Assembly: GCA_028534125.1 (NCBI GenBank)
Contig: CM052817.1
Coordinates: forward strand, 9,922,001-9,986,000
DNA: 64,000 nucleotides
Source: Lama glama
Taxonomy: Eukaryota
Direction of reading: 5' to 3'
This document shows positions 51,112-64,000 of this stretch, in pieces (the stretch's first letter is position 1; every line of letters starts with the position of its first letter). The translations under genes were made by a program, and so were the position numbers. The notes under the pieces were generated by a model that searched no databases, had not been told where the DNA came from, and saw only the letters and a list, made by a program, of their open reading frames with translations.

Positions 51112-51717
51112 TGTTGCTGGCGATTAAGTTCTTGTCTCCTTGCAGAAAGAATTCAGAGATGAGACACGGAGGTCAAGAAAGTAAAGTGAGGATTTATTAA
51201 GGGCTACATAGCATGTTCTCATGGGGAGAGTGGGCAGACTCAGGTGAGTAGCTGTGCTGAGTTTCTTTGTCAAGCTGGTTACACGGGGCATAAAAATGAA
51301 TGGGCAGAATATTCACTGGGGAGGGAAGGGTTTGGAGTCGTGTTCCCTGATCTCCATCCCAGCTCCACTTTCCCAAGGGGAGAAGTTTTTGTCCTTGTTT
51401 AGTCTGGCTCGGAAGTGTGTCATGGCGTCAGTGCGTGATGGGTACTTTTAACCTGCAAGGCTAATTGTATTATAATGAGGGCATAGTGAGCAAAAGGTTA
51501 CGCTGGGACACCAGAGATTCTTGCTTTTCCCCAGTTTTCTTTGTCTGCCTCCAGAACACCTGTCACCCCAAAATGTGTGATTTCTTATCAGTCCAGCGGC
51601 TGCTGTTTTCTTCTGTCTGCCCAAGGACCCTGGTTGCTCACAAGATGTATGGTTTCCTGCCATTTGGCCTGTGTCTCCCTTTCTCTGCTCACATCTATCC
51701 ATCTGCCTGCTCTGACA
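51112..51717 (-). mobile_element. Solo ERV LTR, same orientation as PROM1
   Basis: tgttgctgg…ctgaca with near-TSD taac/gaac; minus-strand AATAAA (gatttatt, about 51193-51198). Confidence 0.7.
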
Positions 51718-53970
51718 GAACAGTTGAAACTGCCACCAGTAGTTCCACTGTATGTAAAACGCCCACGGCAACATCTGGTATTAGTTTTTCTTCAAAGGTC
51801 TGGGTAATCCAGGCATTGTTTTCAAGCTACAACTGGAAGTTTTACAGTGGGCTTCAGTACAAGAGACTTGTTTTCTGGCTGCCTTAACTGGGTCTCCTTA
51901 TCTCGGGAAAACCGTCCATGTCCCCTGCAGATGTACGTTCACCCCATCATCCACTCAGCCCCTAAGATGCTCCCTGGGCCCTCAGGAGTTGGAGGGGCAG
52001 ACAGAGCCAGGACTCTCTGCCTGCCCTCCTTCCAGATCTGTCACTAGCATCCTCTCGGGAGGCAAGGATTTTTATGAAGTCCATGCTCTTGATTGAACAG
52101 TGTCCCTATTTTTAAAGAGCCGGTGGTGTTTTGGTTGAAGCTGAACTAAATATACTCTTTCTTGTGTCTACAAGCAAGAAGACCATTATAAAGGAGGAAC
52201 TGCATTCTTCTGGTTAGTCTGATGAGTCTATCCAGTTGTTTGCCAGATGTGGCAAGGGATGGAGAATTTTGCCAAGGACAGCAGAGCACGCCATGCGGAG
52301 TGGTGAGCTTTACAGCCAGAGACCACGGCCACCCTCCGGATCTGCAGACCACCTGGAACGCATCTGACGGCAACTTATAGTCACCAGCCTTCTTCTTACT
52401 GCTGAGCTAAATCCTGTGGCCCCGAAGTCATAGGTGTCCACGTGACTTCAGCCCTTCAGAGAGTCCTTAACCTGCACACATGAGCGTCACGTCCAAACCA
52501 CAGCTGCTCTCAGCCGCCATCAATCCGCTCGTGACTCTCCTGTTTCTTTATTCTTCGAAGCTAAATATCACATCTTTTGGTTTTATCCCTTAAAAAAGAT
52601 GGAGTATTTACTTCCTCCCTTCAAACAATTAAAAAGTTGTAATAAATAAATTTGCCATCAAAACACTGACAAAATAGCCAAGTGCCGGGATTATTAAATT
52701 CTGAACATGAAATTAATTTTCTGTCTGCAGCCGTGTACATTTAAACAAAAAGTCCGGGCAAATATACTCTTCCTTGCTAGTTTAATTTCTTAAGTTTAGG
52801 CATGTAAGCAAACAGGCTTTTCCATGTGTGGAACTCTGTCCAATTCTGTCCAATTCTGGCAGACTCCCATGTCATTAGCTTGAAGGTTATTTTTAAAACT
52901 CGTGTGCCTGTGTTAATGTTAATAAACTCTTGCACTGTAGTGGAGCTTAAAGGTTTAAGGAAAAGGCCTTAGAACCATTGCTCATAAGAAGTCTGAACAT
53001 TAGAGTGACCCAAAGGTTAAAAAAGCAAGTCAATGCGTGTCATGTGACATAATAAAGGGCCATGGTTGTGATTCTCTATTGTCTGAAGGACTTGTTCCAA
53101 ATCTTTCCCATCCCTGGGGCCTCCTCACCCCCGTGCCCACCCCCATGGATTCTCCACGAGCTCATTGGAGATGAGAACATGGAGGTGGAATTCACACAGC
53201 TTCCTCTCTGGGGACCATTCTAAGCTTTTGTCCCTGGTTACTGCCTTCCATTCCTGGCTCCATCTCCAGTCCCACCTCGCGCATGTCCCCTATACCTTGT
53301 TACACTCTAGTAAAGTTTTTTTTTTTTCCCCTTTCAAAAATACGAACTTAGACATGAATGTGATTGAAATGGGGGCAGTGGCTTCAGTCCACGGCAGGCT
53401 CACCATTCCCTGGTACCTCGCATCTGATCTCATCACTAATTTAGGCTACTTGTCTGAATTCCAAGGGTGCCAGGTTGGCCACCTCTGTTCTAAATCAAGT
53501 TTCTAGTGTTTCAAAGTGAACAAGCTGGCTGATCATATAGAATGGTGTATGATACCAAATCAATCATCTGCAAGTATCTGGTGAAGGAATGAATGAATGA
53601 ATGAAGAGAGGGAGGGAGGGGTGGATGGATAGATGGATGAATATTGGGAAAAAACCAGTAAGAATCAGGAAAAGAAACTTGGAAACAATTTCCATGACAG
53701 CTGCTTTAAGGAGGAGTCTACCATATAGAAGGATTGTTTTTAAGCTTGTCTATCAAAGTGCAACCAGTTGAGAGTCTTCCTTCACTTATGTTTAATGGAA
53801 TTCCCCAAACCAATGAAAGAACCATCACACCAGGTGACCTACTTCACTGGAACGCAGATTGCTTGGCCCAGAGGCCACCAGGTCCATGTAACACCAGACT
53901 CACCTGCTCTCCCCCTTAGGTTTCAAACCAACCCCCACCCCACCCACGGCAAGGAAGAGCCAACACTCAC

Positions 53971-54123
53971 ACCATGAGGAAGATGCCTCCGGTGTTCGAG
54001 ACACAGCCTCGTCTGGTTGGGGTAGCTTTCCGGTCATAGCCCAGCGTGCCACACAGTAAGCCCAGGCAATAAAAAATCACCATGAGGGTCAGCAAACAGC
54101 AGACGACCAAGCAACCCAGCCAC
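53971..54123 (-). CDS. PROM1: PROM1 exon, 153 nt (TM3 and Cys-rich loop): [50 protein letters not shown](V)
   Basis: ccag| … |gtgagt; hallmark RGCVSNTGG. Confidence 0.97.
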
Positions 54124-55989
54124 CTGGTGGAACAAGCACAGTGTCAGCAAACACAAGAGAGACGTCATCGCAGCCCAAGAGCTCTCGGACTTGAGCCAGA
54201 ACAGCTGGCGATCCAGTCTCAGATCCTTCTGTTCATTCCTCAGAGGGTGAGAGTGTTGTGAAAAGACCCCTCTCTACCCCTAGCCCTCAGACCCAACCAA
54301 GATGATGTTTATCTTGGTTTCAAAGAGCTCTCAACGGACACGGGATTATTCCGTCTTTCCTTTGCAGGGTTAAGTTCCTTCAGGGTTCCTGCAGTGTTTA
54401 TTATGATGATGATGAGATGTGAACAGATACGATGAGAGAAAGAAACATGAGGCTCCTTCCACTGGTCTTTCTCTAACATGTTTTGTGGCTGCAGGAATAT
54501 TTGGGGCGGGGAGTGAACTGTGTTCTTTACTGAGCCAGCAACTCTACGTGATGAGGGCATTGAATATTTTAGAATTTTAGGAGCATCCTAAATCAAATGT
54601 CTGCAAGTCTCAATTTTGTAATGGTCCAGTGAGACATTTTAGGATAATGGAGCCTCAATTAGGTCTTACTGGCATTCCTGGAACGTACATCAACCTTTCC
54701 CAGCAACTGAAGAGCATTTAAGGGTAGAAATGCTTCCCAACCCTTAAAACACTAAAAAACAAAGCATTTACTTCTTGGACAAAAGCAGCCACTACAGCTT
54801 TTCGTTCAATTAAGCGCAAATTCATCAATTACCATTATAGCCACCTGTACCAATTCTGTGACTTTTTGTTCCAGATACTGAGAACACAAAATGAAATAAG
54901 CCCTGGACCTGGCTTCAGAAATCTTTTCCAGTTAATGCATATCTCATCTGCTTCATTAATTTTTTTTTTTAATGAGACTATAGTCTCAGGACAGGGGGAG
55001 ATGAAAAGATGGGGAGCTGATATATAGACAGATCACTGCACCATTTTTCCAGCTGTGACTTCCAATGAGATTGTAAAGGGTCTGTCTTATGTTTGTCCTG
55101 ACACCTGCTGGGGGGGCCAAGCCGCAGGGTCAGAAAATGGCTTGTTGATTACAGAGCAATAATTAAGAGCAGAGTCAGGTAGAGGCTGAAAACCCCCTTT
55201 TGCCGTGCTGTCGCCAGCCCTAAGAAAGTCGCCTCACCTCCCTGAGCCTCAATGTCCTCACCTATGAAACAGGGTTATAAATAGAACACAACCAAAGGGA
55301 TTTTGTATTAAAGGGGATGCCATGTGTACAGCATGTGACAGGCATGTTGTGACTGTCCCCTAAAGGCTTGCAAGTATTGCTATTATTTTATTATTTATCT
55401 CATATTCTTGCCTAATAAATAACCTGAACAGGAAAGGAAGCCTCCAGAATCTCCGTGGGTTGGGGCAGAAGGCACAGTTCCGGTGGCCGGTCATAGGGCT
55501 GAGCCTTTCAGAGGGAAGCGTGCGTCCCACATCTCACGCGATCCTGGGAACACCGAGTCTCCAAGCCCCTCCCTCCCCCGCACTCCTGTCTGAGATGTCC
55601 ACCAGCATCTCCTGGGGCCAAACCCCACCCTGGCGTTCTCCTAAAGGGCGAAGAGCTGGGAACGACAGCAGCTTCAGTCACGGGTCTGGTTTCAAGGATG
55701 CTCTTTCTGTGAGAACCGACACCTATGTATTTATTTTATAAACCAAAAAAGAGAAAAATATTATCCAAATGCCCTTTTTAATCACTTTTAAGCTTCAAAA
55801 TCCTTTTACCTGCCTTAGATAATTATAACCAAGATTCCAGAGCCCACTGACAACATCAAAATTGCATGTTATCGACTATTTGGCTCAAGAACTTCAAATC
55901 TGCAATTTTTAAAAAATGGACTGCTTCGTGAATTCCCATGACATCCTTTCACAGCAAACATGCTAGTCTTTATTTTTAAGAAATTTTTG

Positions 55990-56064
55990 TTAATGGAGGT
56001 ACTGGAGATTGAACCCAGAACCTCATGTATACTGAGCATGTGCTCTACCGCTGAGCTACACCCA
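55990..56064 (-). mobile_element. Vic-1-type SINE (tRNA head)
   Basis: ggaggtactggagattgaacccagaacctcatgtatactgagcatgtgctctaccgctgagctacaccc. Confidence 0.85.
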
Positions 56065-56285
56065 TGCCCTGAGTCTTCTTTGCATAGTTTCAACTTTAGT
56101 ATCTGTGCTGCCGAAGTGAACACTTCCACTTAATGAACATAAACTAGGGCGAACCCATCAGGTTATGGCCTCTTTGTACAGTTGGCTCTCATAAGATTGT
56201 CTTGGTTATAATGTTAAATTTTCTCCCTGCCCCATGGTAGGTATCACTCTGCTAGTTTACCAGCTCACAGGAGGCACTCACTCAC

Positions 56286-56445
56286 CTGTACGAATCATAT
56301 TCTTCCAAAGTGGGTAAATAGCGGTGGACGTAATCTTCAGTGTTATTAATGTAGTGAATGAAATTTGACAGCTTATCCTGAACAGGAATCTTTTTGCTTA
56401 TATTAGTGATCTCTGAGCCAATGGAATTCAAGGTCCTCTTGATAT
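56286..56445 (-). CDS. PROM1: PROM1 exon, 160 nt: (D)[52 protein letters not shown](R)
   Basis: tttcag| … |gtgagt; [10 protein letters not shown] motif. Confidence 0.95.
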
Positions 56446-59008
56446 CTGAAAACAAAGATACCTCAGTGATGCATTTTCCAACCTAGAGGACACAGAACTT
56501 TTGCCCTGGAACTCAACTGGAAAGCTCGAACCACTTCTGGCCTTTCCCACATTATGTACGTGTCGAAAATATGAAAAGGGTCTATGACAAGCAGGAATGT
56601 AGCCAAGCCCATAGGAAAGCAATTACTTAACAAAACAGCAAGCCATGAGAGCTGACTGTAATGATATGGTGCTGAAATCAAGCCAGAGTTTTCTTCTACT
56701 TATTTCACTAAAAAAAAAAAAAAAAAAAAAAAAAAAGGTCAGGTGATTTAAAATGTATTTTGTGCCTACCATGGGCCAGGCACTTTTATAAATGTTAACT
56801 CGTTTCTTTATTCCCATTTCCCTGACAGTGATGTTGAGGCTCCTGGGGGTTAAATCATTCGCCCATTGTCTCTTTTTCAGAAAGCACTAGAAATGGGATG
56901 AAAACTCAGGTTTCTCTGACTAAAGGTTCTGTTAAATGACTTGGGGAAAATAATTTAACATTTTAATAATTCCTCCATCTATGAAATGCCACTCAAGAAC
57001 AAAGTAATTCCCAAGGACTAGTTTTTGGAAGAAGTGACCCAGGTGACATTTTTGTTAAAATTATATTTGACTCATACAAATTGAGACTTATTAAAGTACA
57101 TCTCTTTCTTATATGCAAGAATCAATAGGATTCCCAGTGGTTGAACAGTTTCTATTAATAGTCATCTTAATCCTTCAGAGAGGAAATAAAGTTCCAGTTT
57201 CCTGGAAAGCGTCCATCCATCCTGACAAGTCTTGGGGTCAAAGCCCTGGGGGGGGGTAGGGCTGTCACCTGATCCAACACCCGCCTAAGATCTGAAGTTG
57301 GCTTTATCCACCGTGATTCTTGACATGGACATACCAAAAACATGCTAATCAGTGCAAAGTCCACCGACCCTCAAAGGCAGATAAACCTCTTTGCGGCAGC
57401 AGAAGTAAGAGTGGCAGTCCTCACAATGCAGTCCCAGGGCTCCTGGTGAACTTCGGGGCGGTGGTAGCATGAGCCAAAATGAAATTACATAACATGGGGG
57501 TGGGGGAGAACTGTTTTTCAAAGCCGGTGGTTCACATCAATATGCAATCTCGAGAGCACCTAAGAGGAGAGCTCAACGTCTCTTCCAGATGGCTTGTGCA
57601 CCAAAAGACCCCAGGATCCTGGACAAGGTGACCCTGCAGGTCTCTCTGTCACCCCTGGGATCTCTGGGAGTTCAGGAGATGTAGCATGGAGACCGCCCCC
57701 ATCTCCTGCGCACGGGTGCCTCAACTCAGAGTCGGGCCCCTTCTGCTCTTCAGGCTGTGCTGCCTCCCACACACCACAGCCTTGGTGACTGCACATGGCT
57801 GGCGCCCTCTCTCAGCTAATATCTTCTTCAGGCCTCCATCTGGATGTTGCTTCCTCCAGGAAGCCTTCCGTGACCCTCTACCCACCTTGGATTCCTTGCA
57901 CACACCTCGCCCTGTTCCCGGAGGGTGATAACAAGCATCTGTAAACATGCCCAGCTGACGGGCAGGAAGGGGTCAGGCCTCATTCACCTGCCATCCCCAG
58001 AGCCTAGCGGCGCCTGGCACACAGTAGGCACTCAAAGTACGCATGCAGGGTAGGACCCGGTGCTCAAGACATGGGAGCTAAGGGTTATTTGTTTTGGAAG
58101 GGCATGATACTCAGCTTGATGGAATGGCTGGCACTCGCTCAGACTTGGGAAAACTCTGGCTTGTGTTTGGGCAATGACATGGCGTGCACCGGGCCTCGCT
58201 CACACAAACTGCACGCCTCGCTTGGCCAGACTTACAAGGGAGGCCCATGAGTACTGGCAGGAGAGGTCCAGAAAGGGGAAGCAAAAAAAGTAAACACAGA
58301 GATTAGTCAGCAGGTGGCTACTGGGTGTGCAGCGTTGGTGTGCAAGCCCTCAGATGCTAGCTTAGGAAAGCGTGGACTCTGTCTTGAGACTCTTAACATT
58401 TTAAAGCAGAATCTAGAACAGAAGGGAACCCACAAAACATCCAAAATACTATGTCTCAGGATAAAACCCCCTTTCTAAAGTCTTAATGGGTTGAAAGAAC
58501 TCTACTAGGAAAGAAAATATCAAATACCTCTAGACGGTGTTTTAAAACCACCTTGGTCAGGACATTGTGCTGAACACCAGAAACTGACACACTGTAACTG
58601 ACTATGCTTCAATTAAAAAAATAATAAAAAATGAAATAAAACCCCTTGGTCAACAGATAAAAAGGAAGCACTGAGAAGATGATACGTTTTACAAAAAGAG
58701 GAGATCGTCTTCCATAGCTTCAGAGATTTCCCTTCTTAGCAAACAACCTTGATGGAGTCCCACCCCTGCTCAAAGAACTGTGTATACTGCATTCTTTCTC
58801 CATATCCACTCCAGATACCAAAACCTGAATTCGACATGATGTGGTCATTTGAGACCAGTGGCATTCTCTCAGCATCAGTTCTGTCTCTCCAAAATTACGA
58901 GCATCCTTAAGAGTCTAAAATAGTATTATATCAGCATCAGAGGAACATCTTCATAAAAAGACAAAATGAATCCCTCTACGGAATATTCCTTTAAAAAAAA
59001 TGAATTTT

Positions 59009-59161
59009 GCAAGAGGGAAGGTATAGCTCAGTGGTAGAGTGCATGCTTAGCATGCACGAGGTCCTGGGTTCAATCTCTGGTACCACCATTAGAATAAATA
59101 AATAAACCCTAATTAGCCCCCTGAAAAATTTAAAAATAATTTAAATTTAAAAACAAACTTT
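59009..59161 (+). mobile_element. Vic-1-type SINE
   Basis: gggaaggtatagctcagtggtagagtgcatgcttagcatgcacgaggtcctgggttcaatc; TSD aaaaaaatgaatttt on both sides. Confidence 0.9.
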
Positions 59162-59532
59162 AAAAAAATGAATTTTAAGTTCTCTTAGAAAATAAAATAA
59201 ATTTCCAGCGAAAACAGTCAGAACCTTCCAAACTGCGGACTTCGGCTGTTGTGGGCTCTGACAGCACCTGACGAAGGCGTGGCCCTCAACCAGACAGCCT
59301 CCAGCCGGCAGGCGGATGTGATGGATGCTCAATAATATTACTATTTTTGAAAATCTCCATCACGGTGTGAAGGTAACAGCTGAAATATGCGTTGAGTGTT
59401 TAAGGTTTAAGGGAGAGAATATTTTTTTAAGAGGGAAAAAGAATGATACAATTCTCAACAGTACATTTGTTTGTACTAGCGACCAATTTCGAACAAGGGG
59501 AGACGCAAAATTACCGCGGCTGGGACTCTTAC

Positions 59533-59596
59533 CTGATATGACGTTCGTGGTTTTACTTTCTACTGTCTCAGGTATATCGTTAAAAGATCTATAGCC
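59533..59596 (-). CDS. PROM1: PROM1 exon, 64 nt: GYRSFNDIPETVESKTTNVIS
   Basis: ttttag| … |gtaaga; GY.SFNDIP motif. Confidence 0.93.
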
Positions 59597-59837
59597 CTAA
59601 AAAACAGTTCAAAACAAAGTGAAATACAGAGTGAGCGGTTCGCTATTATTCATTTTCAACCTCGTATGGAGTAGAGGAACAAAATTAAAATGGAACATGC
59701 CCCCTAAGGCTGAAACGATCATATGTTCATTACCCTTTAGAGAGGACTTTCTTTAAATTGTATCCGCTGAAGATCAAGTTCAAAGATCAAGTCCATTTTT
59801 AATGTTTGACTCATGTTACAAGTTTACATGTATCTAT

Positions 59838-60030
59838 ACTAGTGTTTCTCAATCGGGAGCCATTTGGCTCCCCAAGGAGGCATCTGGCAACGTCTGGAGA
59901 CATTCTGGTTATCACAGTTGTGGGGGTGCTGTTGGCCTTGTGTGGACATGAGCCAGAGGAGCTAATAAAAACCCAGCAGTGCACAGGATAGTCCCCACAA
60001 CAACCAATCATCCAGCCCCAGCTGTGCTGA
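59838..60030 (+). mobile_element. MER20-like DNA transposon
   Basis: agtgtttctcaatcggg…ggcaacgtctggagacatt…gtgcacaggatagtccccacaaca. Confidence 0.8.
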
Positions 60031-60387
60031 GGCTAAAAAGACTCTACCTGCACAATGTACCATGTGCAGATATAAAGTGAATTTCTGAAAATAGAATCTT
60101 TTCTCCAGTGCAATTACACAGTAAAATTGGAGATCAGGTCTCATAGAAAACAGTCATGTCCTAAAACACAGCTGACAAAGGATAGACATTGCAGGGAGGC
60201 TAAAATGAAAACCAAAACAGCCACGCCAAGCTTTCTCACTTTGCATCTAAATCCACGACAGGAAAATGTCACTATTTCCAAGCAACTCAATTCAATAGCC
60301 AGCCTTTCCTCTGGAAGGGGTTTAGTTTGTGTCTCCTACCTGCCTGCTGGTGTATTTAGGCATCCTCTAGGGGACACCGTGGCAATT

Positions 60388-60730
60388 ACATGAACTGAAC
60401 GTCTGTCTCCCCCCAAAAGCATGTGTTGAAATCTTAATCCCCAGTGTGATGTTGTCAGGAGAGGGGGCCTTTGGGAGGGTGTTACGTTGTGAGAGTGCAG
60501 CCCTCACCCTCACGAATGGCATCGGTCGGTGCCCTTTTCAAAGGGCCGGACCTCAGAGCTCTCTCTTCACCACACAGGGTTACAATGACGCAATGGCCAT
60601 CGGCAACCTGGAAGGCGTCCTCATCAGAACCGACCATGCTGGCAGGCTGACCTTGACGTCCAGCCACCGCAAGTGTGAGAAACTTCTGTTGTTTATAAAC
60701 CACCTAGTCTATATTCTTTCATAGCAGTGC
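60388..60730 (+). mobile_element. MLT1A-like MaLR LTR
   Basis: atgtgttgaaatcttaatccccagtgtgatg…ggggcctttgggagg…gtgtgagaaacttctgttgtttataaaccacc. Confidence 0.8.
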
Positions 60731-61836
60731 AATCTGCTATAGCCTTTATGAGATTTATGGTGCCAGAACACTTCCACCTCAGCCCAGCAGCGCTGATGTC
60801 ATTAAAAGCGCGTCCCCGACTCGTTTCCTCACAGGGACTAAGCCGCTGAGCGCACCAGCGCTTGTGCTGGCTTCAGTACACCTGGTCCCTCTGTCTTTAT
60901 CGGTGTTTGGACTTGTGGGGCTCACCCATCATGAGAGGCTTCGTGGATGGAAGGGGACTTGCACATCTCCCGGCTCCATTCCTTCGTTTAACAAAGGAGG
61001 TGACATCAGAAGGCAAAGGCTAAGAGTTCTGAATGGCTTGTTTCAGGGGACACTCACTTTGTTAGTATATGAAGATGAGTGTTGAAGAGATATTTGATAA
61101 CTTTTTTATGCCTATGCTAAATGACAGAGCCAAGAGTAAAATTCTATTCTCTTCTTTTTAGGCTATTGTGGAAATCAAGGTATTCTCGACCAATGTGGTC
61201 CCTGCCTTTTTTAGGGTTTACAGTCCAGTGGGATAATCGAGACATGAAAGTAATAATCACAATTATGAGGAAATTAACAAAAATATTTGCAATGCTGTAA
61301 GAATGCATTAAAAAGGGTTTGACCTGGTCAAGAAGCCCAGGAAAAGTCTCACTAAGAAAGTGATGTATAAAACTTAAAGGAGCTCGGCCTTAGTAGCCCA
61401 AGAAGGGAGGCAAAGGGGAGGGAGAAGGAAGAGAGCGCGGGCAGAGCGCCCAGCACGTGCACACGTGCAGAAGTGGAAAGAAACAAAACGCGGCTGACTC
61501 ACAGGCCGAGTGGGAGAGCGTCTGTGTCAGAATCAGCATGGGGTCCAACACCAAGCCCACCAAATTCTGAGCCCCAGGAAGGTGAGATCATGTTTTTCTT
61601 TTTGTCTCTTATGGTCCTAGCATTGTGCTTGGCATAAAATAGATACACGATTAAAAAAAAATTCCTGATTTGGAATGAATAGAATTACCCGGAGGATAAC
61701 ACCGATCACCGTTCTTGGCCACCCTCCTCCAGAGCATCACTGCTTTTCTGCTGTTACCTGTTTTCTTATGTACTGCTCTACTCTTTAAAATAATCTAAAA
61801 TGAGCTACTGTATTTTTTTTCCCCAAAAAAACATAC

Positions 61837-61911
61837 CTCTTGGATCAAGCCGGACAAATTTGTTTGAAGAACATCAGTAATATTAGCAATTTGCTTATCC
61901 AAAGGTGGGAG
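61837..61911 (-). CDS. PROM1: PROM1 exon, 75 nt: LPPLDKQIANITDVLQTNLSGLIQE
   Basis: tttcag| … |gtatgt, phase 0/0. Confidence 0.93.
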
Positions 61912-62339
61912 CTGAAATTTTATAAAACAGAATATTAGGCAAGGTGGTTTCCCCCAAAATTATTTGTCATAAAAATGGGAATCATCTTACACCCAAGTCC
62001 CAAAGTCTCTATATTTCAGGGTATGATCTAAGAGTATTATTTGGGGAAAACACATTTAGCTCAGAATGGGCTCTACAAGCATTAACTTTTCAACGTTTGA
62101 AGGTCTCCTGTTGCAGTCAGCTAAAAATGAGGGAAAGAAATTTAACACAGATTGAGTATGCGTGACCTCACAATGTCAGGTACTGAACAGTGTTGAATAC
62201 AGTTGTAAATAACCTTTGAAAAAGCATGTTTAAAAGTAATAGTCAGTGGTTATCTTGGTGAGTGGCCTGGAATAAATATTTTATTTTACAGCATTACATA
62301 TGGATGTAAGTGTTCTATCTCTTTCCAATACTGGGACAG

Positions 62340-62990
62340 AGATCACGGGCCTCTGACACAATGTACCGAGAAGGACACTGTATCATTTCTGTGACACCCT
62401 GACAAATACACATAACAAATCTAATCATGAGGAACATCAGACAAAGCAAAATTGAAGGTCATGCTTTAAAATAAATGGCCCGCAGTCTTCAAAAAAAGAC
62501 TGAGACTGTTCCAGATCAAAGGAACTAAAGAGACATTACAGCTAAAGACCGTGTGCTCTAGACTGGATCTCAGACTGGAAAAAGAAAAAGCAGTTTAAAA
62601 GAGCATTTTTTGGAAAAATCGGCAAAATTTGAATGTAAACTGTGGATTCGTTAGTGGTATTGGGTCAACGTTATATGCCCTAATTTTGATCATCCAAATG
62701 GTTATGTAAAGTTAGGAAATCCACTGAAATATTTAAGGGTAAAAGGGAATAATGTCTGCAACTTACCTCCAAATGACTGAGAAAAGAGCAAAATGCATAG
62801 TACACAATACTAAATTTGCACATATATGGTGGTATGAAGAGACAGATGGCAGATACAGAAATAAATTAAGCACATGGAGCCAAATGTTGACATCTGGTGA
62901 ACGTGGATAAAAGGTGTTGACAAGGGTTCCTTATACCAATCTTGCAAATTTTCTGCATGTATTAAAAGCACATCAAAAATAAAAGATACC
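62340..62990 (+). mobile_element. Old L1M (L1MC/ME-like) 3' region
   Basis: ctaatcatgaggaacatcagacaaa…gagactgttccagatcaaaggaactaaagagacatt…tgtctgcaacttac. Confidence 0.7.
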
Positions 62991-63439
62991 CCCAAAAGGA
63001 CTTGATTTCAAATAACCTAAATGCAACTATAGGTCCTAGGCTCTGAAAAACTGTTCGATGACAAGAAAAGTGACTGTAGTAGATACGCAGACACAGATGT
63101 TGAATGTGATGTGTGTGAATGAAACCGATTCACGGGACGTGAAGGTGAGGAAAATGTAGCTATATTAAAATACTGTTGTGTATAAAGTGTGGTGTGTACA
63201 TATCACGGTGTTGATATATGATTATTTTGTCTACATCCCAGAACTTTAGATATTCAAGTTGCTCCAAATTCTTTTTTTTTCTAATCTCTTTGGGAATATG
63301 GGAAATTACCCAATATTTAGGCATATGTGGTTAATATACTAGGCTCACCATTTTTAAATATATTTTAATTTTTAAAGGTCTACAAAAATGCATTCGACTC
63401 CCTTTTTCTTTTTTAAAGCTGAATGTATCACAGATATAA

Positions 63440-63653
63440 GGAACACACTGGTGGTTCCCAGTGGGGAGGCGGAGGGGGAGGGGCGATACAGGGAGAGGGG
63501 ATTAAGAGGCACCAACTATGATGTATAAAAAAAGCTACAGGGATATACTGCACAACACAGGGAACACAGCCTGTATTTTATAAAATGTACGTTGAAACTA
63601 CCAAAGTAAAATTTAAATTAAATTTAAAAAGAAGAATCTGAAAAAAAAAAAAA
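63440..63653 (+). mobile_element. L1 3' end
   Basis: ggggattaagaggcaccaact…gctacagggatatactgcacaacacagggaa plus poly(A). Confidence 0.8.
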
Positions 63654-63845
63654 GCTGAATTCATTCTGATGTTTCATCAGATCAATCGCAGAGAACTCCC
63701 AAGGAGGGTCTCCCACGATTCCGTCTCTCCTGCTGCCACTGTTCTACTGCGACACAGACCCCGGTCACCAAGCACCTGACGGGTGAGCCCCTCCTTATCA
63801 GCCTTCCCCAGCTGGCGCTGCCCCGGAGCCAGGGCCCCTCCTCAC

Positions 63846-64000
63846 CTGACTGAAGTCCACGCTGACATCCAGGTAGCTTAGAGAGCTGTTGATGTGGTCG
63901 CAAGTGGTGGCTGCTGAAGGCACACGGCACGCGGGGTCCTTGAGGGATTGCGCCAGGTCCTTCTGAATGTCACTCAGGTTGGCACTCAGATGTGCGGATG
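63846..64000 (-). CDS. PROM1: PROM1 coding exon, partial (runs off window): SAHLSANLSDIQKDLAQSLKDPACRVPSAATTCDHINSSLSYLDVSVDFSQ
   Basis: Hand translation; donor CAG|gtgag; first extracellular loop with the paired Cys. Confidence 0.9.

Noticed and set aside
59013..59085. tRNA-like sequence with A and B boxes
   Set aside because: Head of a SINE with A-rich tail and TSD, present in five copies here; not a tRNA gene.

Overview
Mammalian genomic DNA, most likely a camelid (alpaca, llama or camel), judged from several tRNA-derived SINEs of the Vic-1 type and artiodactyl-type L1 3' ends. Two protein-coding genes lie on the minus strand. FGFBP1 is complete: promoter, non-coding exon 1, a single 237-aa coding exon and a poly(A) signal at about 6.96-10.2 kb. 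PROM1/CD133 is present as its last 18 coding exons (64000 to 31610), all with GT-AG boundaries and one continuous frame. The 21-kb gap between the genes, where human has FGFBP2 and the last PROM1 exons, holds L1, ERVL/ERV1 LTR, MaLR and DNA-transposon remnants and no recognisable FGFBP2 ORF. Most notable: (1) an 18-nt PROM1 microexon-like sequence (NYGKAR) with both splice sites broken; (2) a PROM1 C-terminus that ends early (…GFRRHRTAQTH*) together with the apparent absence of FGFBP2; (3) two oppositely oriented ERVL-type LTRs around a pol remnant. I found no new multi-gene system; almost all short ORFs in the track are noise. Comparisons with human, mouse and dog sequences are from memory and need alignment to confirm.
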